From: Bacillota bacterium | GTDB lineage: Bacteria; Bacillota; Sulfobacillia; Symbiobacteriales; Symbiobacteriaceae | Length of the DNA: 64,000 nt | Direction of reading: 5' to 3' | NCBI GenBank assembly: GCA_049325315.1 | Contig: JBMONB010000083.1 | Span: forward strand, 156,257-220,256 | Shown here: positions 9,134 through 17,461 of the stretch, piece by piece | Numbering within the stretch: position 1 is the first letter of the stretch | Layout of the letters: each line of letters opens with the position of its first letter | The notes under the pieces: generated by a model | What the model saw: only the letters and a program-made list of their open reading frames with translations | Database searches by the model: none | Told to the model about the DNA's origin: nothing | Translations under genes and position numbers: made by a program

Positions 9134-12100
9134 CTAGGGGTAGTAGACCAGCTTGCGGGGGGCCCGCTCGAAGCCGGCGGCGGCCAGCGCTTCGGCGGCC
9201 TGGCTTTGCTGGACCGGCTCCTCGCCCCACTCAAGCACCTCAATGCGCCGGAGCGACCGCACGGGGGCAGGCCCCTTCAGCAGGTCGGGCAGGGTGGCCA
9301 GCGCCTGCCGGAGCCGCTCGCCCTCCAGGGGGACCAGCGGCGTAAGCCGCCGGCCATAGGACTCCACCGCCAGGACAGGGTGGCCCCCGGCCAGGACCAG
9401 GTAGTTGGAGGGGAGCCGGGAGAGGCGGCCCTGGTCGGGCCACGGAAGAATGGCGCCATAGGGGTTGGCCGGATCGGTGACGGGCAGGAGGCGCATGGGG
9501 CCTTCTGACCGGTCCCGTGCCTGGCGGAGCCGGTCGACGGCGTCGGGGCGGGCAAACTGGGCCCCGGTCAGGCCATTGATAAAGTAGCCCCGCCGCACAT
9601 GCCCCTTCCACTCCATGCGCTTCAAGGCGTCGAGCACCTCGCTCCAGCTGGCGGGGCCGCCATCGGCCTCCACCGCCTCCCGGGTCACCACGCCGTAGCG
9701 GTCCAGCAGGAGGCGTGCGTAGGCCTCGGCCCGCCCGGCGCTGGGCTCGCCGGCAAGGCGGGCGGTTAGCCACCACCGCCCGGTGCCGCCCTGCAGGTTC
9801 GGCAGGGGGCGACCGCGCCGGGTGGTGGCCCGGCTGGCCCGGAGCGCCTGCCGCAGCGGGGCGAAGGTATCGTTGGAGACCAGGCCCACCCAGGCCAGCT
9901 CCCAGAGGGTCTCCAGGGTGGCGGCAGGGGGCAGGCCGGCGGCCCGGGCGATGGCCCCCAGGAAGTCGGCGCCGGCCGCCCGGCAGGCCTCCAGCACGCG
10001 GGACTGCTCCGGGGTAAGGCCTTCTGAAGGGGAGGCGCTCAGCCGGTCGGCGAAGAGGTCGACCCGCTCGGGCAGGTAGAAGGCAAGGCGCCCGCCCGGC
10101 CCCGCCGCCCAGTGAAGCTCGCCCGAGGCGCACAGCTGGTCCAGCCAGACCGGCTGGTAGCCCGGCGCCCGGCTGGGCAGAATCTCTCGCTCCCAGACCT
10201 CGGCAGGGAGCATCAGCCCCTGCAGCTGGTTTAGCGCCCGCAGCAGCGCCTGGGAGGGCTCGCCGGCCCGCCCGGCGGGGCGGGCCGCCATCTTGGCGCC
10301 AACCCCCTGCCAGTCGAGCAGGAACCGGGCGAAGGTAGCCGCATCGACCGGCTCGATCTCCCGCCGGAGCAGGTGGAGCGTCTGCCGGTGGACCTGCTGG
10401 AGGACCTCCAGGTCGCAGTACTCCCGGCCGGTCACCCCCTGCGTATACTCGCCCGCCACCAGCAGCCCCTCGGCCTGGAAGAGCTGGAGATAGCGGAGTA
10501 CCGTCTCCCGGTCCAGGCCGTACCGGCGGGCCACCGCATCCGGCTGGAACGGCCCGTGGGTGCGGGCGTACCGGCGGATAATCGCCCCGGCGTTCCCGGC
10601 AATGTCGGCATAAAGCCCAAGGTCCTCGCGAGAAACCCAGCGCTCCTCGCCGGCGATCATGACCCGTGCCGCCCGGCTCTCTCGCTCCAGCTGGGCCACC
10701 CACCCCGGCTCGACCCCGCGCTCGCTCAGCTCGGCTGGGGTCAGGTCGCCCAGGCCGCGCAGGATGTCCTCCAGCTCATCGGCATGCCGGGGGTGCCAGC
10801 CCTCGGCCCGGCGCTGGAGCCGGTCTGCGACCAGGCTGATCGCCCGGGGGTCCAGCAGGTCGCGCAGCGCCTCGACCCCCAGGATCTCCCGCAGCAGCTC
10901 CCGGTTCAGCCCCAGGAGCGCACCTCGCTTCTCTGCCCGGGGGGCGTCCCACTCGTAGAGGTTATCGGCGATGAAGGCCATGAGAATCTGTGAGGCCATG
11001 GGGGAGGGGGCGTCGGTCTCGACGGCATGAATCGTGATCTCATCGGACCCGATGGCGGTCAGAACACGGTGCAGCCCCTCCATGTCCAGCACGTCGCGCA
11101 GGACCTCCCGGTAGGTCTCAAGCACCACCGGGAAATCCTCGAAGCGTCGGGCTACCTGGAGCAGGTCGGCTGCCTTCAGTCGCTGCAGCCAGAAGGGGCG
11201 CCGGACCCCGGGGCGAGGGCGCGGCAGCACCAGCGCCCGCCCGGCGTTCATTCGGAAATAGGCGCCGAAGAGGGGGGTGTTACCCACCTCCTCCAGCAGG
11301 AGGTCCACTGCCTCACCGGGGTCGACTTGGATCAACTGGGCCAGATCCACCGGCCGGTCTGCGCCGGGCAGCCGCAGGTGGATCACATCATCGCTGTGGG
11401 TCACCTCCGCCTCGAGCTGCATCAACTGGCGGATGCGCCGCTTCAGCACGATCCCCCAGGCGGCGTTCACCCGCCCGCCAAAGGGGGAGAGGATCACCAG
11501 GCGCCGGTCCCCGATCTCATCGGGAAAGAGTTCGACCACCACCTGCCGGTCGGACGGGACGGCGCCGGTCTGCTCCACCTGATCACTCACGTACTGAATC
11601 AAGTTGGCTGCGGCGAGGGGGTCGAGGCGGCATTCCGCCTGGAGCCAATCGGACAGGGTCGGGTCAACCAGGCGGGAGGCGATCTCCCGGGTGAAGGCGC
11701 CCAGCTTCAGCCCCAGCTCGAAGGGGCGGCCAATGGAGTCGCCCTTCCAGAAGGGCATGCGGGGCAGGGCGCCAAAGGCGTCCACCACCGTGATCCGGTC
11801 ATGCTCGATCGACTTGATCCGCCAGGTGTTGGTGCCCAGGAGGAAGACGTCGCCCTCCCGGGACTCGTAGACGAACTCCTCGTCCATCTCGCCCAGCTTG
11901 ACGCTGGTGCCCTCGATGTAGACCCCGTAGTAGCCCCGGTCGGGGATCGTTCCGCCCGAGAGGATCGCCACCGAGCGGACCCCCTCCCGGGCGCGGATCA
12001 GCCCCGCTTCCCGGTCCCAGACGATGCGCGGGCGCAGCTCCCGGAACTCCTCCGATGGGTAGCGGCCCGCCAGCATCTCCAGCACGGTGAGCAGTTGGCG

Positions 12101-13456
12101 CTCGGTCAGGTCGCGGTAGCAGTAGGAGCGGCGGATCAACTGGAGCAGGTCGCTTACCTTCCATTCATCCATCGCCGCCATGGCCACGATCTGCTGGGCG
12201 AGAACGTCGAGCGCACCGGTGGGCACACGGGTCTCCTCTACCTCGCCCAGGCCCATCTCCCGCACAATGCAGGCGATCTCCAGCAGGTCCCCGCGGAACT
12301 TGGGGATCAGCCTTCCCTTGGAGGCCGCCCCCAGCACGTGGCCGGCGCGGCCTACCCGCTGCAAGCCCCGGCTGACCGACTTGGGCGACTCCACCTGGAT
12401 CACCAGGTCGACCGCCCCGATGTCGATGCCCAACTCCAGCGAGGAGGTGGCCACCAGGCAGGGGAGTCGCCCCTCTTTCAGGTCGGTCTCCACCACCTCG
12501 CGGGACTCCCGGCTCATGGAGCCGTGGTGGACCTTGGCCACCTCGCGCCCGGCCAGCCCGTTGAGCCGGTCGGTCAGCCGCTCAGCCAGCCCCCGGTTGT
12601 TGACGAAGACCAGGGTGGAGCGGTGCTCTGCCACGAGCTGGAGAATGCGCGGGTAGACGGCGGGCCAGATAGAGCCCTCGGGCAGCGCCCGCATGTCCTC
12701 CAGCGGCACCTCTACCTGCAGGTCCAGCTCCTTGCGGCTGCCGGTGTCGATTATGGAGACGTCGCGGCCGACCCCGCCCAGATAGCGGGCGATCTCCTCC
12801 AGCGGGCGCTGGGTGGCAGAGAGGCCGATGCGGACCGGTGAGCGCGGCAGCAGCGCCTCCAGCCGCTCCAGCGAGAGGGAAAGGTGCACCCCCCGCTTGG
12901 TTCCCGAGACGGCGTGGATCTCATCGACGATCACATAGCGTACCGTCTGCAGGATCTGCCGGGCCTTGGAGGTAAGGAGGAGGTAGAGCGACTCCGGGGT
13001 GGTGATCAGAATATCGGGTGGATGCTTCACCATGGCGGCCCGTTCTCGCTGGGACGTGTCGCCGGTGCGGACAGCGTGGGTCAGGTGGGGCAGGGAGACC
13101 CCCATCTGCCTGGCCTTCACGGCGATCTCCCGCAGGGGGATCTCCAGGTTGCGGTAGACGTCGTTGTTCAGCGCCTTGAGCGGTGAGATGTAGAGCACCT
13201 GAACCCCGGTGTGGGATCGCTCGCCCTCGCGGTAGAGCGCGTCGAGACATTTCAGAAATGCCGCCAGCGTCTTGCCGGAGCCAGTGGGGGCGAGAATCAG
13301 GGCGTTCTCTCCCCGCCCGATCACGGGCCAGCCCAGGGCCTGGGGCGGGCTGGGCTGGCCAAAGCGGTCCTCGAACCAGGCGCGGACCACAGGGTGAAAG
13401 GTGCTGAGCGGCACGGCGAATCCCCCCGGGGAGCGGAGTTTGCGACTTGGGTACAA
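9134..13456 (-). CDS. lhr: Lhr-type large ATP-dependent helicase (superfamily 2, DEAD/DEAH box)
   Basis: A 1440-aa ORF with Walker A LILAPTGSGKT, DEIH box YVIVDEIHA, helicase C motifs (LVATSSLELGIDIG, QRVGRAGH) and a long C-terminal extension typical of Lhr. The track start is a TTG, so the exact start is uncertain. Confidence 0.85.
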   Translation of the reverse strand: MYPSRKLRSPGGFAVPLSTFHPVVRAWFEDRFGQPSPPQALGWPVIGRGENALILAPTGSGKTLAAFLKCLDALYREGERSHTGVQVLYISPLKALNNDVYRNLEIPLREIAVKARQMGVSLPHLTHAVRTGDTSQRERAAMVKHPPDILITTPESLYLLLTSKARQILQTVRYVIVDEIHAVSGTKRGVHLSLSLERLEALLPRSPVRIGLSATQRPLEEIARYLGGVGRDVSIIDTGSRKELDLQVEVPLEDMRALPEGSIWPAVYPRILQLVAEHRSTLVFVNNRGLAERLTDRLNGLAGREVAKVHHGSMSRESREVVETDLKEGRLPCLVATSSLELGIDIGAVDLVIQVESPKSVSRGLQRVGRAGHVLGAASKGRLIPKFRGDLLEIACIVREMGLGEVEETRVPTGALDVLAQQIVAMAAMDEWKVSDLLQLIRRSYCYRDLTERQLLTVLEMLAGRYPSEEFRELRPRIVWDREAGLIRAREGVRSVAILSGGTIPDRGYYGVYIEGTSVKLGEMDEEFVYESREGDVFLLGTNTWRIKSIEHDRITVVDAFGALPRMPFWKGDSIGRPFELGLKLGAFTREIASRLVDPTLSDWLQAECRLDPLAAANLIQYVSDQVEQTGAVPSDRQVVVELFPDEIGDRRLVILSPFGGRVNAAWGIVLKRRIRQLMQLEAEVTHSDDVIHLRLPGADRPVDLAQLIQVDPGEAVDLLLEEVGNTPLFGAYFRMNAGRALVLPRPRPGVRRPFWLQRLKAADLLQVARRFEDFPVVLETYREVLRDVLDMEGLHRVLTAIGSDEITIHAVETDAPSPMASQILMAFIADNLYEWDAPRAEKRGALLGLNRELLREILGVEALRDLLDPRAISLVADRLQRRAEGWHPRHADELEDILRGLGDLTPAELSERGVEPGWVAQLERESRAARVMIAGEERWVSREDLGLYADIAGNAGAIIRRYARTHGPFQPDAVARRYGLDRETVLRYLQLFQAEGLLVAGEYTQGVTGREYCDLEVLQQVHRQTLHLLRREIEPVDAATFARFLLDWQGVGAKMAARPAGRAGEPSQALLRALNQLQGLMLPAEVWEREILPSRAPGYQPVWLDQLCASGELHWAAGPGGRLAFYLPERVDLFADRLSASPSEGLTPEQSRVLEACRAAGADFLGAIARAAGLPPAATLETLWELAWVGLVSNDTFAPLRQALRASRATTRRGRPLPNLQGGTGRWWLTARLAGEPSAGRAEAYARLLLDRYGVVTREAVEADGGPASWSEVLDALKRMEWKGHVRRGYFINGLTGAQFARPDAVDRLRQARDRSEGPMRLLPVTDPANPYGAILPWPDQGRLSRLPSNYLVLAGGHPVLAVESYGRRLTPLVPLEGERLRQALATLPDLLKGPAPVRSLRRIEVLEWGEEPVQQSQAAEALAAAGFERAPRKLVYYP

Positions 13457-13521
13457 ACATACATTCGCCCCTGGTTGTGCGATTTCCTTCTTGCTGACGG
13501 TCGGGTCTTTTTCCGGACAAT

Positions 13522-13662
13522 GCCGCGGATTTCGCGGATTAAAGACACGGATTTACGCGGATTACCTGGCCTTGAGTTGAAGCTGCACTAAGAATGGTAG
13601 AGTAATCATTATATAGGAATTTTAATCCGCATAATCCGCGTAAAATCCGCGAAATCCGTGGC
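13522..13662. repeat. Two opposed arrays of four CGGATT-core repeats flanking an AT-rich core of about 60 bp (lhr / lrp divergent intergenic region)
   Basis: The left arm has CGGATT at 13526, 13535, 13548 and 13558. The right arm has AATCCG at 13624, 13633, 13644 and 13653. The outer 19 nt of the arms are 18/19 reverse complements. Confidence 0.85.
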
Positions 13663-13727
13663 AAAAGAAACGTAGAGTTGATATGATAGAAGGTGAATTG
13701 GGATAATCACTTTAAAATCGAAGGCAA

Positions 13728-14207
13728 ATGAGGGCGCGAAGGATGGACAGTATTGATCGGATAATCCTGCAGCGGCTGGCTGCGAATGGTCGCCTTCCCT
13801 GGTCGGAGTTGGGCAAAGAGGTGGGGCTGACGGCGCCCTCGGTGGCGGAGCGGGTACAGAAGCTGGAGCGAAGCGGGGTGATCACAGGCTATGCAGCCCT
13901 GCTTTCGCCCGAGGGGCTGGGGCTTGACCTGACGGCCTTTATCGCCGTTACGGTGGAGCGGCCCGAACTCTGTGCCCCCTTTCTGGCGGCGGTTCATGAG
14001 ATGGATGAGGTCCTGGAGTGCCACCACGTGGCAGGGGATGATTCGTACCTGCTGAAGGTGCGTACCCCCTCGACCCGGAGCCTGGAGCGGCTGATTTCCG
14101 ATGGGCTCAAGCGGCTGCCGGGCGTCACGCGGACCCGCACAACCATCGTCCTGTCCACGGCCAAGGAGGCGGTCAACCCGGCGCTGCCGGGCCCGGAGAA
14201 GCCATGA
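13728..14207 (+). CDS. Lrp/AsnC family transcriptional regulator
   Basis: HTH region DRIILQRLAANGRLPWSELGKEVGLTAPSVAERVQKLERSGVITGY, followed by a RAM-like C-terminal domain. The ATG at 13743 is an alternative start. Confidence 0.85.
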   Translation: MRARRMDSIDRIILQRLAANGRLPWSELGKEVGLTAPSVAERVQKLERSGVITGYAALLSPEGLGLDLTAFIAVTVERPELCAPFLAAVHEMDEVLECHHVAGDDSYLLKVRTPSTRSLERLISDGLKRLPGVTRTRTTIVLSTAKEAVNPALPGPEKP

Positions 14208-14830
14208 TGGCGCTCCTGGCCGCCGCCTTTCTCCTCGGTGTTTCGGTGGCGGCGCCCATCGGGCCGGTAGGCGCGGCTGTGGTCCGGGAGGGGCTGGAGC
14301 GAGGGGTTCTGCCCGCCTTCCTCATTGGACTGGGCGCTGCCGTGGTCGACTTTCTCTACCTGGGGTTGGTCTACCTGGGTGTAGCGCCGGCCCTGCTCCA
14401 GTTCCCCTGGCTCATGACCGGCTTTTACGTCGCGGGCGCCCTGCTGCTGGGGCAGATGGCTTGCGGCAGCCTGAGGCGGGCCTGGCAGGGCGGCCTGCCG
14501 GCCCCGGCGACTGGCCGGGGGAGCGGCTTCCTCTTCGGCCTGGGCATTACCCTGCTCAATCCGGCGACGATCCTGTCGTGGCTGGGGCTGGGAGGCGCCT
14601 TCGCCTCCGCCTGGCTGATCGGGCGGGGGTGGGAGGAGTCGGTGGCGGCGCTGATAGCCGTCTTTGCCGGGAGCGCCGCCTGGTTCGGGCTGCTGGCGCT
14701 GCTTGTGGGGCTGGCCCGCCGGGTCGCGGGTGACAGGCCATGGCTCTTTCGCCTGGTAAATCTGCTGGCCGGGGTTGCCCTGGCCTGGTTCGCCCTGGGC
14801 TTCGGGCTTCGTGCGGTCGGGCTTAACTAA
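14204..14830 (+). CDS. LysE/RhtB family amino-acid exporter
   Basis: A 208-aa polytopic protein with the N-terminus MMALLAAAFLLGVSVAAPIGPVGAAVVREG typical of LysE/ArgO translocators. The ATGA start overlaps the regulator stop. Confidence 0.8.
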   Translation: MMALLAAAFLLGVSVAAPIGPVGAAVVREGLERGVLPAFLIGLGAAVVDFLYLGLVYLGVAPALLQFPWLMTGFYVAGALLLGQMACGSLRRAWQGGLPAPATGRGSGFLFGLGITLLNPATILSWLGLGGAFASAWLIGRGWEESVAALIAVFAGSAAWFGLLALLVGLARRVAGDRPWLFRLVNLLAGVALAWFALGFGLRAVGLN

Positions 14831-14836
14831 GACGAG

Positions 14837-14863
14837 ATGGCCGGGGAAAAACTCCCCGGCCAT
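14837..14863 (+). terminator. Terminator hairpin after the LysE-family gene
   Basis: A 10-bp perfect stem ATGGCCGGGG / CCCCGGCCAT with a 7-nt loop. The downstream T-tract is weak (TGCTGTCTCC). Confidence 0.6.
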
Positions 14864-14878
14864 TGCTGTCTCCACCCA

Positions 14879-14907
14879 TTGACACGAACAGGTGTTTGTG
14901 GTAAATT
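14879..14907 (+). promoter_or_regulatory. Near-consensus sigma-A type promoter (TTGACA-17-TAAATT with TGn extension)
   Basis: TTGACA at 14879-14884, a 17-nt spacer ending in TGG, and TAAATT at 14902-14907. It lies about 40 nt upstream of a small SD-preceded ORF. Confidence 0.6.
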
Positions 14908-14949
14908 GTGGATGGTGGCCGCCCCCCACAAGGAGGTGTGGCACTGCAC

Positions 14950-15036
14950 ATGACAATCAACCTGGAACTCTCCTACCAGGAGTTTCTGCTACTGCTCGTC
15001 GTCCTCGTCGAGTGGTATCGCCAGCAGCATCCATGA
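14950..15036 (+). CDS. Small hydrophobic peptide, 28 aa (MTINLELSYQEFLLLLVVLVEWYRQQHP); below the ORF-track size cut-off
   Basis: AGGAGG at 14931-14936 lies 13 nt before the ATG. A consensus promoter sits upstream, and a long imperfect hairpin (about 15087-15156) lies downstream. Mostly G/C-ending codons. Hand translated. Confidence 0.4.
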   Translation: MTINLELSYQEFLLLLVVLVEWYRQQHP

Positions 15037-15159
15037 CAGCTAACCACAACCTGACCCCGTAAGGTTCATATCAGCATTCTCAGGGGGCGGTTGCCACCTG
15101 GAATAGAGTCTCCCCTGGAGCGCCTGCCTATTCCGGTGGCAGCCCCCCAACATCTCCGC

Positions 15160-15522
15160 CTACTCCCGGTTCTCCGGCGTCTCGCCCGGCACGGGGCTGG
15201 TCAGCATGTCTACGGCGGTCCGCCCGGCCGGCTTCGCCGGCAGGTTCAGGTCCTGGTCCTCCAGGTCGGCCGACCGCTGGGTGGTAGTACTGTCAACGTC
15301 CACACCTTGCCCGGGGTGAAGCCCCACCCGTTTTACGGGGAAGCCCGGGTCCGCCGGCGAGGGCGAGCCGGTGTCTGCCGCCACCTCCATACCCCGGTAG
15401 GCCGCCCCGCTAATGGTATGGCCCGCGGTGCCGGGCCCCAGCTGGTCGGTCTCCCGGGCCGCCCGCCGGCGGCTCTCTACCGCCTCCGCCTGCTGCTCAG
15501 GCCGCTCTGTGCGCTCTGTCAT
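15160..15522 (-). CDS. Hypothetical protein, 120 aa, charged and low-complexity (likely disordered)
   Basis: SD GGAGGTG lies 7 nt upstream of the ATG at 15522. I recognise no domain. Confidence 0.55.
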   Translation of the reverse strand: MTERTERPEQQAEAVESRRRAARETDQLGPGTAGHTISGAAYRGMEVAADTGSPSPADPGFPVKRVGLHPGQGVDVDSTTTQRSADLEDQDLNLPAKPAGRTAVDMLTSPVPGETPENRE

Positions 15523-15638
15523 CGGAAGTCACCTCCGCCCTTAGGGTGTGGCAGTGGGGCGCTCTCCATGAGCAGGAGTGTCCCCAAATGGGGTGGAACT
15601 TTGCACTGTGATATGGATTCTGGGGGGAGGCGCCAACG

Positions 15639-16472
15639 GTGGAGAGATGGCTCCAGGAGAGACGCGCCTATGCCGAAGCCTTGCGGCAGCGAGTGCAGAA
15701 TGCAGGCAGCCCAACCGAGGCGGCGTCTTTGGATCGGTTCTTGCGTCAGACCGCCCGAATGCAGGCAACAGCGGACCAGTTAGAGCGGAACCTCCCGTCC
15801 GCCTTCGGCAAGGCGCACGGCCTCCGGCTTCACCACTCTGGCCAGGATATCTACCTGGAACACCTGGTGGTGGGCCCGACCGGCATCTTCCTGATCGAGA
15901 CGTTCGAGGGCGACGACCCGGCCTGGTTGACCGATCTGGCCCGGAACATCACCTACTTCCGGCAGATCCTGGGGCGTCATGCCTCCTTCTTCACCTGCCT
16001 TGTCGTCTCCCGGAGCGCCTCAATTGTGGAGCTTCCCGAAGGGGTACGCCTGGTGGACTCGGTGGAGATGGCGCTCGATCAGGTTCTGGGGGAGCGCCAG
16101 GGCACGCCCGTGGCCCCCGAACTGGCCCGGGAGGTCTGGTATGCGATCCAGGTAGCCGGCAGCCTCACCCCTATGCGGCCCTGGCGTGAGGGGTACTGGG
16201 AGCGGGTGGGCAGGGCTGAGCAGGTCTTTGTGGCCATGCTTCTTGTCACGAGCCTGGTGCTGGCAGCGGTGGACAAGGAGAGCGGGGTGATCCTTTCGTT
16301 CGTTGTGGCCGTTGTTCTGCTTATCCTGCCCGGCCTGGTGGCCCTGGGGCTGATTCTGCTCATCCCCGACAAGACCGGACGGAAGGTCGCTTTTTACATC
16401 CTGGCGACCATCGCTGCGCTCTGGTCCCTGCTGCTGGTGGCCGCGGTTAATGAGGGTTCTGGTACCCCCTGA
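15639..16472 (+). CDS. NERD domain protein with a C-terminal multi-TM anchor
   Basis: GTG start with SD GGGGGAGG 7 nt upstream. The NERD/PD-(D/E)xK-like core is DIYLEHLVVGPTGIFLIETFEG. The C-terminal hydrophobic segments are VFVAMLLVTSLVLAAV, VILSFVVAVVLLILPGLVALGLILLI and VAFYILATIAALWSLLLVAAV. Confidence 0.7.
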   Translation: MERWLQERRAYAEALRQRVQNAGSPTEAASLDRFLRQTARMQATADQLERNLPSAFGKAHGLRLHHSGQDIYLEHLVVGPTGIFLIETFEGDDPAWLTDLARNITYFRQILGRHASFFTCLVVSRSASIVELPEGVRLVDSVEMALDQVLGERQGTPVAPELAREVWYAIQVAGSLTPMRPWREGYWERVGRAEQVFVAMLLVTSLVLAAVDKESGVILSFVVAVVLLILPGLVALGLILLIPDKTGRKVAFYILATIAALWSLLLVAAVNEGSGTP

Positions 16473-16675
16473 GGTCTTGCGGCATTCTCCTGCCGACTCG
16501 TCACTTTGACCGCCCGAACACGGAGTCGGACAGCCTGTCGCCTTGCGTCTCGCTTTATAGACACGGCTGCCGTGGCTCTCGCCCCACGGAAGTGCCGTGG
16601 GGCCCCAAAGGGACGTTCCCCTTCCAGTTTTTCCCTATCTTTGGTATAGTCATTCCACAGGGGAGGGGGAGCTAC

Positions 16676-17461
16676 GTGCATAACAGTCAGTTCGCGGCCA
16701 TGCTGGGATCCGGTCATTCGGACTGGGGGCGGGTGATCTCCCGTGCGGAGCGTGGACTGAGGGGAAGGGGAATTCCGCCGGAGCGGGAGGGGCTGCTGCG
16801 GCACAATCTGGCGCTTGCTCTGTGGGAGACCGGCGATCTCTACCGGTCCGAGCAGGAGTTTCAGCGGGTGATCGCCCTGGGGGAGGGGTCTGCCGACCTG
16901 GCTTCCCTTCAGGCCGACGCGCTCTACCGCCTCGGGAATATCCACCGGCTGCTGCGACGGCCTGAGCAGGAGGTGGAGGCCTTCCGGCAGGCCGCCTGTC
17001 GCCATGCCAGGCTGAGACAGACCGCCCGGGCGGTGCGCTGTCAGGTGGAGGCGGGGCGCGCCCTGCTGCTGGCTGGGCGCGCGAAAGAAGCCCTGCCCGA
17101 GCTGGAGGCCGCTGCGGCAGGGCTCATCATGCTGGATGCCCCGGACCTTGTGGTGGAATTGAGGATCGTACAGGCGCTGTACGCCAGCCTCACGGGGGAC
17201 AGGGAGGGATCTGACCGGCACTGCCTGGAACTGCTCAACCAGCCACCGCTGGCGCCGTGTCAGCGTGCAGAGATTGCCTGGATTCTCGGGTGCAACGCCT
17301 TCGAGGCCGGTGACCGCACGGCGGCGGAACTGCATGCGGCGATTGCGCAGGAGTACGCCGTCGAAGCCTGGTGGCCGCCACAGATGGAGCGAATCAACCA
17401 TCTTAGGAGGAGACTCGCCGCCGGCGACGGCGAATCCAGGCGGTCATCTCCTCCGGGGTGA
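16676..17461 (+). CDS. TPR-like repeat protein
   Basis: GTG at 16676 with SD GGAGGGGGAG upstream, and an extended -10 (TGGTATAGT) about 30 nt further up. It has helical-repeat sequence (LLRHNLALALWETGDLYRSEQEFQRVIAL; ALYRLGNIHRLLRRPEQEVEAFRQAA). The opposite-strand ORF 16394..17401 has junk composition. Confidence 0.6.
   Translation: MHNSQFAAMLGSGHSDWGRVISRAERGLRGRGIPPEREGLLRHNLALALWETGDLYRSEQEFQRVIALGEGSADLASLQADALYRLGNIHRLLRRPEQEVEAFRQAACRHARLRQTARAVRCQVEAGRALLLAGRAKEALPELEAAAAGLIMLDAPDLVVELRIVQALYASLTGDREGSDRHCLELLNQPPLAPCQRAEIAWILGCNAFEAGDRTAAELHAAIAQEYAVEAWWPPQMERINHLRRRLAAGDGESRRSSPPG

Noticed and set aside
9240-10703. A 487-aa alternative-frame ORF inside lhr, and similar nested ORFs (for example 11027..12841, 3561..5111, 4874..6121, 1076..2104, 18458..20026, 20779..21816, 25167..26315, 43115..43960 and 46245..48092).
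   Set aside because: All overlap genes with strong family motifs. All have Arg/Gly/Pro/Ala-dominated translations expected from off-frame or antisense reading of roughly 70% G+C coding DNA.
13522-13662. Interpreting the CGGATT repeat arrays as a CRISPR array or a DnaA-box/oriC cluster.
   Set aside because: The units are 8-9 nt with no spacers of CRISPR size, and no cas genes are nearby. TAATCCGCA differs from the DnaA box TTATCCACA at two positions, and no dnaA, dnaN or other origin context is present.
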